Origin: Podarcis filfolensis
Taxonomy: Eukaryota
DNA length: 63,931 nucleotides
Assembly (NCBI GenBank): GCA_964270895.1
Contig: OZ185450.1
Strand: one strand, 5' to 3'
The notes below the pieces were generated by a model. It did no database searches. It saw only the letters and a program-made list of their open reading frames with translations, and was not told the DNA's origin. Position 1 is the stretch's first letter; each line of letters begins with the position of its first letter. The translations under genes and the position numbers were made by a program. Below, in pieces: positions 1 to 11,529 of the stretch.

Positions 1-2106
1 GGGAAGGCCACAGGTTTCCCCATCCTTACTTTCCCAAACAACCTCTAGATGATCTAGCTTCATCAATTTAACTATACTGTAATATTTAGGTTGCAATCCT
101 ATACAGTATTAAGGTCTCTGAAAGTAAGACTTACTGAACTCAGTATGGCCTGCCTGCCTTTGACTGGGGACATATGTGGCACTGTTGCACTGTGTGCTAT
201 ATAATCATGAAGTCTTGTTAGCAGAACAGAAAGCTAGGAATTATTCCCTTCCTCTCCCCACCCACCCCTTTACAAGACCTGGTCCAGAGAGCAAGGTACT
301 AATTTTTTTGTGCATTGCGCCGAGTTCACCAGTGTTGAGCCAAAATTCAACTCTGATATTTCCTTGAAGTTTGTGAACACATTGAAAAATAAGCATGCAA
401 GAAGACAGTGGCATAATTTTTCCATCCTCCATTAAATTGGCACAAAAGGTTGGTTGACTACTCCACCACCTTCCCCATTTTTGCAAGAGGAAGTGAGAAG
501 TTAGCAACTGCTGTTTTTGGATATCATCTCTGATTTTCATTACGTGCAATCATCAAGTTTCAAAGAGGGGCAGAATATATTTCAAGCCATAAAAGAGTGA
601 CATCTAAGCTCAGCCAAATTGTGTGCATGGCCCTGGCACTTGCAGTCTTACAGCACACTCCTCTAACCATGACTGCTACAAAGAAGTAAATCCCATTGAA
701 TCCAGTGCAGTTTTAGCCCCATACAAGTGAGATTAGGATTGCAGCCTTACTGCCCAGTTACTGTAATTATTCATTGTTTATTTCCTGAAACTTTTATATG
801 CAGCACTTGGAATCCATCTCCCCAAATGGCTTTACGTCAGTTTAAATGCACAATAAATTATAAAAACAAAGACAACATAAGAAAAAACTACATCAGTAAA
901 AAACAATTTTTTAAAAAGCGAAACCCAACAACTTTAGTACTGTATCCTATTTCTTAGCCCTCGACTTAGACTGGTGGGGTTTTGGGTGTGTGTGTGTTCT
1001 GCAACATATCACTGATGCAATAGTGACGCAACCATGGTGGGTTTAAACTGGACTGTCCACACACAGTTCCACTGCAATGCCTCCCCCATTATTGCCACCT
1101 GGTGGGCCACTCATGCTATATATATGGTGCACCAAAAGTGGGACAAGGAAAGCAAATAAAAACACTGCAGAACATGAAAAGTTCAAGGTTTCAAGTGGAA
1201 GTTGTGGAACATGCACTGGTTGGAAATGAGGCATGCCTGTGCTGAAACTTCTGGAAGTACAAACAGAACTGAAAGCAGGTTTGCATAGAATTGCCCCAGT
1301 ACCATCATCAGCACAAATCTTCATAGCTGCACAATAAAAAGGACATATGGAGGAGACCTTAATTTTAATGTGCTTTAAATTTGTGCTGCAACGTCATTTG
1401 TTAAGGGCGCTGTTAGAAGGCCCCTCACAAAGCTCCAGTTCCCAGCGCTCTTATCAAATGACAGATCCCAGGAGACTTTAGGGGAAGCCACGGCTGCTGA
1501 AAGTGGCATAAGAATGCTTTAAATGGAGGGTGTGGATGAGACCAGAGTCCCTCCCAGACAGTACAAAAATCAGGATGCGCACCTAGGATTCTGGGATAAA
1601 GAAGCAATGGCCGCTCCCGATCTCTGAAAAGACAAAGTACGGCTTCCTGACACACATGTTGAAAGGAAGATTCCAGAACTGTATTTCATAAGTTCCTGTG
1701 CTTCCATTCAAACCTTTATATGCATTGCTGGATCATTTGGAATGAATTGTTCGTGTTGAGTATTGAGTTGGTTTAGGAATCTTTTTAGACTATTGTGAAA
1801 CGCCTCGTTGGCGACAACTGCCAAGACTCCAATGCATTTATTTATTTATAAAAATCTATTTCCTACCTATTTTCCAACGAGTCTCAAGCAGCTAACTAGG
1901 GTGGTAACAGAAAGAGAACAAAAGCACGATTGCTTAAAGGCTGGAGGACCTAATATACGCTCAAGTTAGCAACATCAAACACTTTTAAGAAGTTCCTGCA
2001 GCAAGACAACTGAGACAGCAAAGATTAACCAAATGCCTTTTTTAAAAGTTGACAGAAAAAGCTGCAGCCCTCCAGATCCCATCAGCCTCAGTCAGCACAA
2101 CCAATA

Positions 2107-2330
2107 CAGTGGTACCTCGGGTTACATACGCTTCAGGTTACATACGCTTCAGGTTACAGACTCCGCTAACCCAGAAATAGTGCCTCGGGTTAAGAACTTT
2201 GCTTCAGGATGAGAACAGAAATCGTTCTCCGGCGGCCCCATTAGCTAAAGTGGTGCTTCAGGTTAAAAACAGTTTCAGGTTAAGAACGGACCTCCAGGAC
2301 GAATTAAGTTCTTAACCCGAGGTACCACTG
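2107..2330 (+). mobile_element. Non-autonomous Tc1/mariner (Tigger-like) MITE
   Basis: TIRs CAGTGGTACCTCGGGTTA ... TAACCCGAGGTACCACTG, flanked by TA on both sides. Confidence 0.9.
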
Positions 2331-4087
2331 TACTCAGGGATGATGGGAGTTGTAGTTCAACAGCATCTAGAAGCACCAATGTAGTGGTCAGAGTGTCAGG
2401 CCTGAGAGACCAGGGTGCAAATGCTCACTTAGCCATGAAACTCACTGGGCAACCTTGGGCCAGTCATTGCCACTCTGTCTTACTACAGGGTGATTGTGGG
2501 AATTAAACGGGGGGGGGGGGGTGAAACATGTTCACCATCTTGAGCTCCTTAGAGAAAATGTGAGATATAAACGCAAATAAATAAATTAGGGGTGCCATAT
2601 TTCAAAAGGACACAAAAGTTGTTTATTTTGGGCAAAATTGTTGAGGTTGCTTTAGTTTTGCCTGAAGCTGTTGAGTTTTTCTTTTCGCGTTCTCTCTCTC
2701 TCTGAAGTTTTAAAGCTATTTTTAAGGAAATTTGCCAAAATATCCAGCTATGTCCAGGAAATTAAGGCAATCCTAAAACAAATTCCCCTGAACAAGGCCA
2801 TCCTCACAGCAGAACCACTGAAATCAATGGAATTAGGAACCTATGTGGCAAATGGGACTACTCTGAGCATGGCTGCATACACACCAGACATATAAAGCAT
2901 ATCCAGAGCTTTTTCCCAGGGGGGACTCACAGGAACTCAGTTCCTGCACCTCTCAGATGGGTGCCATTGCCATTTTAAGAGAACAGGGGAGATGCTCGTG
3001 GTGAGTTCTGGCACCTCTTTTGGTAGAAAAATAGCACTGAGCATATCTGACCCCACCAAGAGTCCTGGAAACTGTAGTTTGCTAAGCATGCAGTGATTTG
3101 TGGCTCTGTGAGGGATAAATGACAGCCTTTAAAGGTATGGTGCATACTCAGCCAATGAATAACATTTGATATGACTGCTGTGGAATTGACAAAATGAGAG
3201 AATATATCTAGTTGAGGGATTGGGGGACGACGATGACACAGAGATAGACCTTTCAGGGTGCCTGATTTCAAGACACAAGAAGAGGCTGCCGGATCAGGCC
3301 AGTGGCCCTGTTCTCCAGATGCCCCAGTGGGAAACCTCAGAGCAGGACATTGTCCTCTCCTGCAGTTTCCTCTGACACAGAGGTGTAAAACTCTGCCCTT
3401 AGCAAAGCCAAGGATGTGCCACTATTGGAGCTGAATTTACCCCCCTAATAAACATATTTTTGTGTGTGCAATTTTGCCTATCGTGCACATTTTTGCAAAG
3501 CAGATTTCCCTACTATAATGCATTTTTGGTATGTTATTTTCAATAACAGATACTTTTAAGCCTAGGCACTGCAAGACTCAACTCTCTGTTTCAAGTTGTT
3601 TCCATCTGCCAGCAAGGAGAGAAAGACCTGGGCATCTCAGTTTACCCCTGGGTGCAATGTCACACATTAAGCCTCTGAACTCACTCATCTACACTGCACT
3701 CACTGACGCACAAGCACCCTGGCCATGTGGCGGCAAAGGGGGTGACATTTTCCTCCCTTGGAAGAGCAGGGTGCTTTCCAAATCTCAGATTAATTCTACT
3801 GGATCCCATTTTTACCATGATGCCTTGGAAAGGCAAAGTGTGTGTGCAGGGGGTGAGTCGAACTGAGGGACGCGCGACCTGTTCCGTACCCCTGGGTGCC
3901 AAGCTTAGGAGAAGCACAGGGTGCTGCAACTATGACATAGTGAATTGAGCAGAATGGAAGGGGAGAGGCAGGGGGCGCCAGACCAAAGTCCACCCCTGGG
4001 AGAGAAGTGACCAGGGAGGGTAATGCCCACCCCAAACACTAAAATGGTTGGTGATGCCCTGGCTTTTAAACTGCTCTGCACAGGGTG

Positions 4088-4445
4088 TAAAAGGTAAAGG
4101 TAAAGGGACCCCTGACCATTAGGTCCAGCCCTGGCCGACTCTAGGGTTGCGGCGCTCATCTCGCTTTATTGGCCGAGGGAGCCGGCGTGCAGCTTCGGGT
4201 CATGTGGCCAGCATGACTAAGCCGCTTCTGGCAAACCAGAGCAGTGCATGGAAACACTGTTTACCTTCCCGCCAGAGCGGTACCTATTTATCTACTTGCA
4301 CTTTGACGTGCTTTCGAACTGCTAGGTTGGCAGGAGCAGGGACCGAGCAACGGGAGCTCACCCCGTCGCAGGGATTCGAACCACCGACCTTCTGATCAGC
4401 AAGTCCTAGGCTGAGTGGTTTAACCCACAGCGCCACCCACGTCCC
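4088..4445 (-). mobile_element. Sauria SINE (Squam1), full length
   Basis: tRNA-derived head (gggacgtgggtggcgctgtgggttaaacc..., box B GGTTCGAATCC) and (ACCTTT)n tail. 12-bp TSD CTGCACAGGGTG at 4076-4087 and 4446-4457. Confidence 0.9.
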
Positions 4446-4678
4446 CTGCACAGGGTGACTACCTACTATTAAGAAACATGGCGTGGATCACACGCACTGC
4501 CTGCTCCAAATAATCTTGGGAACTGTGGTTTACCCCTCACAGAGCTACAGTTCTGAGCGCCCTTAACAAACTACAGCTCCCAGGTTTCTTTGTGCTGTAA
4601 ATGGATAGTATGGTTGTGATCACGGGGCATTGCTAGAGGGGCACAGGCCCATGATTTGCATAGATATACTAATACATA

Positions 4679-4893
4679 CACTGGTACCTCTGGTTATGAA
4701 CTTAATTTGTTCCGGAGGTCTGTTCTTAACCTGAAACTGTTCTTAACCTGAGGTACCACTTTAGCTTATGGGGCCTCCTGCTGCTGCCGCACAATTTCTG
4801 TTCTTATCCTAGGGCAAAGTTCTTAATCCAAGTTACTACTTCTGGGTTAGTGGAGTCTGTAACCCGAGGTGTTTGTAACCCGAGGTACCACTG
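4679..4893 (-). mobile_element. Second copy of the same Tc1/mariner MITE, opposite orientation
   Basis: TIRs CACTGGTACCTCTGGTTA / TAACCCGAGGTACCACTG with TA flanks; interior is reverse-complementary to 2107-2330. Confidence 0.88.
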
Positions 4894-4902
4894 TATGTAC
4901 GG

Positions 4903-5026
4903 TAAGGTTACCAGATGTCCCCATTTCCTGGGGACAGTCCCCAGATTTACAAATCAGTCCCCTGACAAAATCCACTGAAGTTGAAAAATGTCCCCGGATT
5001 CATTGGGGGGGAAACTGGTAACCTTA
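4903..5026. mobile_element. hAT-type MITE (124 bp)
   Basis: 12-bp TIR TAAGGTTACCAG / CTGGTAACCTTA; 8-bp TSD ATGTACGG / ATGTACAG. Confidence 0.8.
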
Positions 5027-5420
5027 ATGTACAGATGCCTCTAGGCAAGTTAAGATGGTGAGGGACTGAGGTCTCACAGTGCACCCAGTAATTCTGTAAG
5101 CGCTTTTTCTTCTTTTTTCTTTTAATGTTCAGGCCTCCAGGACACCCCTTAACACCCCCCCTGCTTTGGCCATGTGCAAATGTACCCACATGTGCCTATC
5201 CGACCACTGTGATCTATAAATACTTCTAAATAAAGTAAATAAAAGTGTGGTCCCATTAATATTATTCAGTAACCACAATCTTCACTCCCTCCATGCTCCT
5301 GAGCATTCAGATGGCATGTCCCTCAGCTGCTCTTTGCTATAATTTGAATAAATCTTGTGGAAGCTAAACATTGGGGCTTCTGGATCAGCTGAAAGTCTCC
5401 CGAGATTATCCCCAATTCCA

Positions 5421-5463
<43 letters not shown>
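5421..5463. repeat. (AAT)n microsatellite, about 14 units
   Basis: Direct reading; explains the poly-N stretch in ORF 5355-5762. Confidence 0.97.
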
Positions 5464-5464
<1 letters not shown>

Positions 5465-5879
5465 CGTAATAATTATTGGAGGATTAAGGTCAGAGGGAGG
5501 GGATGGAGTTGGGTTCTTTCATTTCATTTTTTTTGAATTGCAGATTTCAAAAAGTGTGGATTTCTACATTGCTATATACGGTACTTTATTACTAAACTTA
5601 TCAGTCACTTTAAAAAAACACCCAACAAGTAACTCTAAGCGACTCATATACAACAAAAAACAGATCCAGAGGCAATTTAAGCCAATGAAATTAAGTCAAA
5701 AGGATGTTCATGTATTTTGTCTTTTCTTTTTCTGTAAAAAAAACTCGTTTAAAAATAAGTGAATAAAAAAGAAATTAAGTCCAAAAGGAAAATTGTAACA
5801 AAGCTGGTTAAATATTTTTGGATATGGGAAGCAGCATAACCTCCGAGGGCTTTCAAAACGCTCTTTTTGGCTACAGCCT

Positions 5880-6860
5880 TTCCGCTTTGCACACGCGCAG
5901 CCTCTGAGCATGTCCAGAGCGACATTACCGGGATCAGAGCCGGGGGCCATTCTGGTGGGGTCTCTGCCCACCCCACCCCGGGAGATCTCACGCCCGCCCG
6001 CCCGCCGCCCGCAGTCTCCGCCGGCGCTACTCACAGGGTGACGGTGCTGTTGGGCAAGAGCCGGGGCGCCGGCGGCTCGGCCAGCTCCTCGCCGCTGCAG
6101 CTCACCCTCTTCCTGGCCGCCGCCAGCCCCTTGGCCCGCTCGCCCACGCACTTGCAGCCGCGCAGCTGGACGGGGCAACTGCGCGCTCCCCCGGAGCACC
6201 ACAGCGCCGCCAGCAGGAGCAGCGCGGCCGGCCAGAGCATCCTCGACGGCTCCCGGCAGCGGCACCGTCCCAAGCCTGTCAGCCCATCCTTAGCCGGGCT
6301 GCGTCCAGTCCCCAGCCCGGGAGGAGCCCAACAGCCGTCGGGGCCCGGAGCGCCGCGCGAGGATCCCTCGAGGGGGCGCCCGGCTCGGAGGAGGAAGGCG
6401 CAGCTTCAGAAGCGCAGGCGGCGGCGACGGCGCGCTGACATGAACCGGGAGGGCGTCCGCCGAGCCCCGGATCCGGCCCGGGGGCTCTTCCCGCCCGTCA
6501 CACCTCCCTCGAAGGGAGCAACGGCCGAGGCGCGCGGCCGTCTGCCCGGAGCTCGGCTGCGTCCGGCGCCTGCCCGCTGCCCGGGGCTGCGCGCTGCATG
6601 GCCGGAGGGGAGCTTTGGGCTCCGGGGCGCCGCCAGTGGGGAATGTCCGGCGGCGGCGCTTGGGATGGGTTGGATCTAGCGGTTTCGGCTGCTCACATTC
6701 GCGTCCCTCCCCTCGGTTGCCTGCATGGCCATTCCCGCTTCCCGGCCACCGCGCGGCCCTAGCGCCTCCAGCGCCTTGTCCCTCCGCCAACGCCGAGCCT
6801 GGAGTTGGATCCGCGAGTTGTTAGTTCAGGACTCGAGCGAGACGGAGTCTTTTCCTCTTC
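5880..6860 (-). promoter_or_regulatory. CpG island: ADGRA2 promoter, 5' leader and exon 1
   Basis: Very GC- and CpG-rich block around exon 1 in an otherwise CpG-depleted background. TSS not determinable from sequence. Confidence 0.85.
6035..6240 (-). CDS. ADGRA2: ADGRA2 (GPR124, adhesion GPCR A2) coding exon 1: signal peptide and LRR N-cap; remainder of gene lies beyond the left edge
   Basis: MLWPAALLLLAALWCSGGARSCPVQLRGCKCVGERAKGLAAARKRVSCSGEELAEPPAPRLLPNSTVTL resembles human ...CPLSIRSCKCSGERPKGL...[26 protein letters not shown]. ATG at 6240-6238, phase-2 donor CT|GTGAGT at 6034. Order ERLIN2-PLPBP-ADGRA2 matches the human locus. Confidence 0.93.
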
Positions 6861-7645
6861 TGCTGCGAGGGTTCAAGGAGGTCCCCCCTCTTCTTCCGAC
6901 GCCTCCCCTTAAAAACAATTCCTACTGAAAGTGCGTAACTGGATCGAGTACGATATATTCTCCCTTTACAATAGTTTGCATTTTTTTTTTCAGACGCCAG
7001 ACTAAAAGCATTATTGCACGATCGTATCTACGCGGAAGCAAGCCCCGCTGAGTTCCGTGAGATTTGCACCCCGGGTACACGTGTGCTGGATTGCAGCCTC
7101 ATCCTCACGATTTGGGGGCAATAAAGTGATTTGGGGATTATCCCCCCCGCGCGCGCCTTTCCCCCTTGCAGTTGTGTGTGTCTCTTTTACGCGCGCTTCT
7201 CTAACGCTGTATTTGGGGGTTGTAAGCTCAGTGTAGTTTAAGTCCATTAAGGCAAATGGGGCACTGCCCCTGGTGCCCCACCAGTTCCAGTCTGCCCTTA
7301 GCCAACCCTCCACTCTTCACCCTTCTCCTTCCATCCTTCCATCCAGGCCAGAGGATGCGGACCTAACCAGAATTAGTTGGCTTTGCCTCCACCGTTGACT
7401 CTGGCTTCACCTACTGTTGGTTTCCTCCCCTGTCAGCTGCCTCCTCTTTAGGCTCGGTGTTCTCATGAGGGAGGAAGAGACAAAACTAGAATTAGTGGGC
7501 TCTGTGTGCCATTGGCTCCAGCGCCACCTATGGTTCGGCTCCCTGCCTTTCACCCTACCAGCTGCAGTGGGTACCAGCCGCCCCTGCCCCTGCTGCAGTT
7601 GCCTCCTGCCTTGTAGATCCTGTAGGGAGTCGAGGGTTGGAGTAT

Positions 7646-8288
7646 CAGGGGTCAGCAACCTTTTTCAGCCATGGGCCGGTCCACCGTCCCTCAGACCATG
7701 TGGTGGGCCAGACTATATTTTGTTTTTGTTTTTTTTAAAGATATTTATTGAGATTTTACAAAAACATAAGTTTACAAAATAGAAAAAAGTCACATAGAAA
7801 GAAAAAGATACAAAAAAGAAAACATAGAAAAATACATAAAAAAGAAAAAAGAAGAATAAAAATACAAAAAACAAATAGATAACAAATAATTAAAAACAAA
7901 TCCGTTTTTAGTAACTTTAAACTCATTAGCTTGTTTCCTTGACCTCCTCACATCTCCCCTTTTTGTATTCCCATTTAAATAGTCAAATCAGCAAATCCTT
8001 ACCCTCTTTCGTTTATCTTAACTCTATATCTTAACATATTATAACTCTATATTTTCATCCATTTATCAATTCATTTTTGCATATTCTTATTAACTTTGTT
8101 GCTAATGCCACTTATTTTCAATCCAACATCATTTTATAGACTATATTTTGAAGAAGAAGAAGAAAGAACGAATTCCTATGCCCCACAAATAACCCAGAGA
8201 TGCATTTTAAATAAAAGCACACATTCTACTCATGTAAAAACACGCTGATTCCCGGACTGTCCGCGGGCCGGATTGAGAAGGCGACTGG
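7646..8288 (+). mobile_element. hAT-type MITE (CAGGGGTCAGCAACCT...), interrupted by an L1-like insert and cut off by an RTE fragment
   Basis: hAT-like 5' terminus; internal sequence resumes after a duplicated AGACTATATTTTG; no matching right TIR seen. Confidence 0.6.
7723..8137 (-). mobile_element. 5'-truncated poly(A) retroposon, probably an L1-clade 3' end
   Basis: 13-bp TSD AGACTATATTTTG (7710-7722 / 8138-8150); T-rich tail on the plus strand with minus-strand AATAAA at 7744-7749. Confidence 0.75.
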
Positions 8289-8793
8289 AAGAAGCAAAGA
8301 TCATCAGTATCAAAACAATGATTCTTCAACATCAACTTCGTTGGACTGGTCATGTTGTGCAGATGCCAGATTATCATCTTCCAAAGCAACTACTCTATTC
8401 CAAACTTAAAAATGGAAAGCCTAATGTTGGTGGTCAACAAAAGAGGTTTAAAGATTCTCTCAAGGCAAATCTAAAAAAATGTAGTATAAACACCAACAAT
8501 TGGGAAACACTGGCCTGTGAGAGCTCCAATTAAAGAACAGCCTTTACCAAATGTCGTGGACTTTGAAGGCACTCGAACTCAGGACAAAAGGGAGAAACGT
8601 GCTAAGAGGAAGGCACGCTTGGCAAACCCTCACTGTGATCAACTCCCGTCCAAAAACCTATTTCCCCACTGTGGAAGGATGCGTGGATCCAGAATTGGCC
8701 TCCACGATCACTTACAGACTCCCTTTTAAGACCGGGTTCATGGAAGACAATCTTACTCGGCTGCGAGTGATCGCCAAAGAAGAAGAAGAAAGA
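8283..8793 (+). mobile_element. RTE-clade LINE 3' fragment
   Basis: Decayed ORF ...QHQLRWTGHVVQMPDYHLPKQLLYSKL..GGQQKRFKDSLKANL..., C-terminal PHCGR..GSRIGLH..H zinc-finger-like motif, (GAA)n tail. Confidence 0.85.
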
Positions 8794-11274
8794 GTAGATG
8801 ACCTCTGAGGTGCCTTCCAATTCTTGACATTCTAAGATTCTCTAAAAATAAAAATGGAGCAATACATTTCTGCTCCCACCATTCTGTGCATGTTCCTTTG
8901 CTGAGCCCTCCTGCCTTCTCCAACTCATTGCCATTATTTCAGCTCTGACCCCATACACACCAGGCATTTAAAGCACATTTATACCACTTTAAGAGTCCTG
9001 GCTTCCCTCAAAGAATTATGGGAGCTACAGTTTACCCTCACAGAAGTACAGTTCCCAGAAACCATACTTTGATTTATTTTATTTTATTAATTTTTGAAAA
9101 GAACAGTTGGCCATAGTAAGGGCATGAAGAATCCATTTACGTTGTCCAGTTGTCAAATTCCATATAGTGGAAATGTAGCTCAAAAGAACCAACAACCGTA
9201 ACAAACAACAATTCCCATGATTCTTGGGGGGTAAGCCATGAGCTTTAAAAGAGCAGTTCCTTCCCCAGTCCACAGATTCAATGGAGTTGATGGTCCTTGT
9301 ATGGCTTCTGGGCCAAATCTTTGCTGGGCACATGAAAATCCAGTGCTAGCCCATCCCCACAAACTGGACCCTCTGTTACAAGGCCTCCAGCAAGTGATGT
9401 CTGATGTGGATATGACCTTCGGTATTTCTTGAAAAACTCCGAATTAACAATGCTAACTTGCCTTGACTCTTCCGTATCCTTCATTTGTCTGCTCTGGAAC
9501 TCCGTTCTTCCACTCAGCTTCTCCACATATTATTTATTTAAAGTCCACTGAGACTTCTACTGCCTTCTTGTGTAGCGCAGCCTGTTAGCTGTACTCAAAA
9601 TCTCTCTTTTTTTGGCAGTGGTGGGCTGGGCTACACAGAGCATTAAAGCACAGCCCATGCATCTGGTGTTCCTCCTCAACCCCATCTCAGCTACTGAGAT
9701 TTCACTGGGGACATTCCCCCCCCCAACTTATCTTTCCACCATAAGGACTAGCAACTTGTTTATTAGTTTTGGTGAAAACCTCAGGGCATCAACTTTTATA
9801 CTGGATTCCACTGCCTATGTTTGAGCAGTACACTCCCAAACAAGGGATGTGTCCTATTCACGCACAAGGGCACAATTTTGGAAGTTAAAAAAAACTTAAT
9901 TGGGAACCACTGTTTTACCCCCAGCCCCCTTAAATCCATTCTAAACATGATTAATGCATCCCTGCCTTTTCCTCTCCAGGCCATTCCTAGGGGCAGGAGC
10001 CAGTTCTGCATTCTCTGCAAGGCAAACAGGGTGGCTCTGCTGCCTTCAAATCCTAGAGGATGCTGGTCGGTCAGGGCTGCTGCTGTCTCCAGAGAGTTGT
10101 GTGGCACCATCAGCTGCTCCTCCGCAGTTTCCTGTCAGAGCACCTCTCCAAACAAGTCGGCTCCACAGATGCAAACTGAACAGAAACGTGAAACCCCAGG
10201 CCCATCCCTGCCTCAGGATTACAGTTCAAACACTGCTGCCTCCCAAAGGGGTTGAAAACCATGTAGCCTGAGTTTCCTTTCAACTCTTTCCAAACCCTCT
10301 CAACCCGTTCCCAGATAAACACAGACTCCAGTCCGTTGGAACCCCTTCTCCGGCAAAAGGCAAACAGAAAGGTGAACTTCTACGGTGCTGAAATACCAAC
10401 ACTGGGATCACGATCACCCAGAGGGCTTGAAGTTTCTCAGAGCAAGGCTGCTCAGAAAGCACTCTGGATTTGTTTAAGCACAAAGCGCTCTCTCTTCCTC
10501 ACACATGTGCGTGCACACACACACACATTCAGGTGATGTGAATGTTCTGCCTTACGGAAGGTGTTCCTGCATCGAGAAAAGTGTTGGCCTGGAGTTTTCC
10601 TGAACATTATTAACTAAAAATGCAATACTTCTCACCCTGGTGGGCAAGACTGTGAGTTCTGTGACTGCCCAGACCCTAACTGCTAATGAGCAACCTGAAG
10701 GCCATTACTTCGCTGCTACAAAGCTTCACCGACCCCATCCTTGGACTGGACAGCCCTTCAACGAGAGCAAAGGTGGGGTACCTGTGGCCCTCCAGATGTT
10801 GTTGAACTATCAACCTCGATTACCAGCCATGCTGGCTGGGGTTGATGGGGAATGTGCTTCAGCAACATCTGGAGGGCCAAAGCTTCCTGGACCCTGAACT
10901 AGAGGACGCCATCGGAGGACCGTCCTATCTGAAGCAGGACGCAAGATCACCCAAGACACGATGCAAAAGGGAAAAAAGGGAAGGGATGCGGAGGGAAGAG
11001 GAAAACAAGCACAGTTGCTCTTCCACTGCCTTATGGATAGAGCCAGGTCGTTCCCTCTCTTGCTTAGGAGGCCAGGGTGTGCAGCTTCATGGGCAGAGTC
11101 AGACCCCCTTGATCAAGTAAAACAATAGAAATACTTAACTGAGCAATCACAAGAGTTCTGCCCCCCAACCAAGTCTTGCCCCCCCCAACAAAAATCCTGC
11201 CTACGCCCATGTGCAGCCTCCCAGAAGCCTCGAGGGTCCTGGTCAATAGCAGGAGCCAGATTGTGCCCCCTGGC

Positions 11275-11529
11275 GAGAGCCAGTGTGGTGTAGTGGTTAA
11301 GAGCGGTAGTCTCGTAATCTGGGGAGCCGGGTTTGTGTCTCCGCTCCTCCACATGCAGCTGCTGGGTGACCTTGGGCCAGTCACACTTCTTTGAAGTCTC
11401 TCAGCCCCACTCACCTCACAGAGTGTTTGTTGTGGGGAAGGAAGGGAAAGGAGAATGTTAGCCGCTTTGAGACTCCTGAAGGGGAGTGAAAGGCGGGATA
11501 TCAAGTCCAAACTCTTCTTCTTCTTCTTC
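11275..11529 (+). mobile_element. tRNA-derived squamate SINE (Squam2/Squam3-like) with (CTT)n tail
   Basis: GAGAGCCAGTGTGGTGTAGTGG head, body shared with the 12910 copy, (CTT)n tail. Family name is from recall. Confidence 0.8.

Noticed and set aside
1043-1326. 93-aa minus-strand ORF behind an acceptor-like site in ADGRA2 intron 1
   Set aside because: No similarity to the expected LRR exon 2 (LLSNNKI...). I found no ADGRA2 exon 2 within 1-6034.
5355-5762. 135-aa ORF with a poly-Asn run
   Set aside because: Artefact of the (AAT)n microsatellite.
6241-6273. N-terminal extension of ADGRA2 from the ORF-track start at 6273
   Set aside because: That codon is TTG. The ATG at 6240 directly precedes the hydrophobic signal peptide.
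5708-6790. Long overlapping ORFs on both strands (270, 185 and 166 aa)
   Set aside because: Low-complexity Pro/Arg/Ala/Gly translations typical of stop-poor CpG-island DNA overlapping ADGRA2 exon 1; no recognisable domain.
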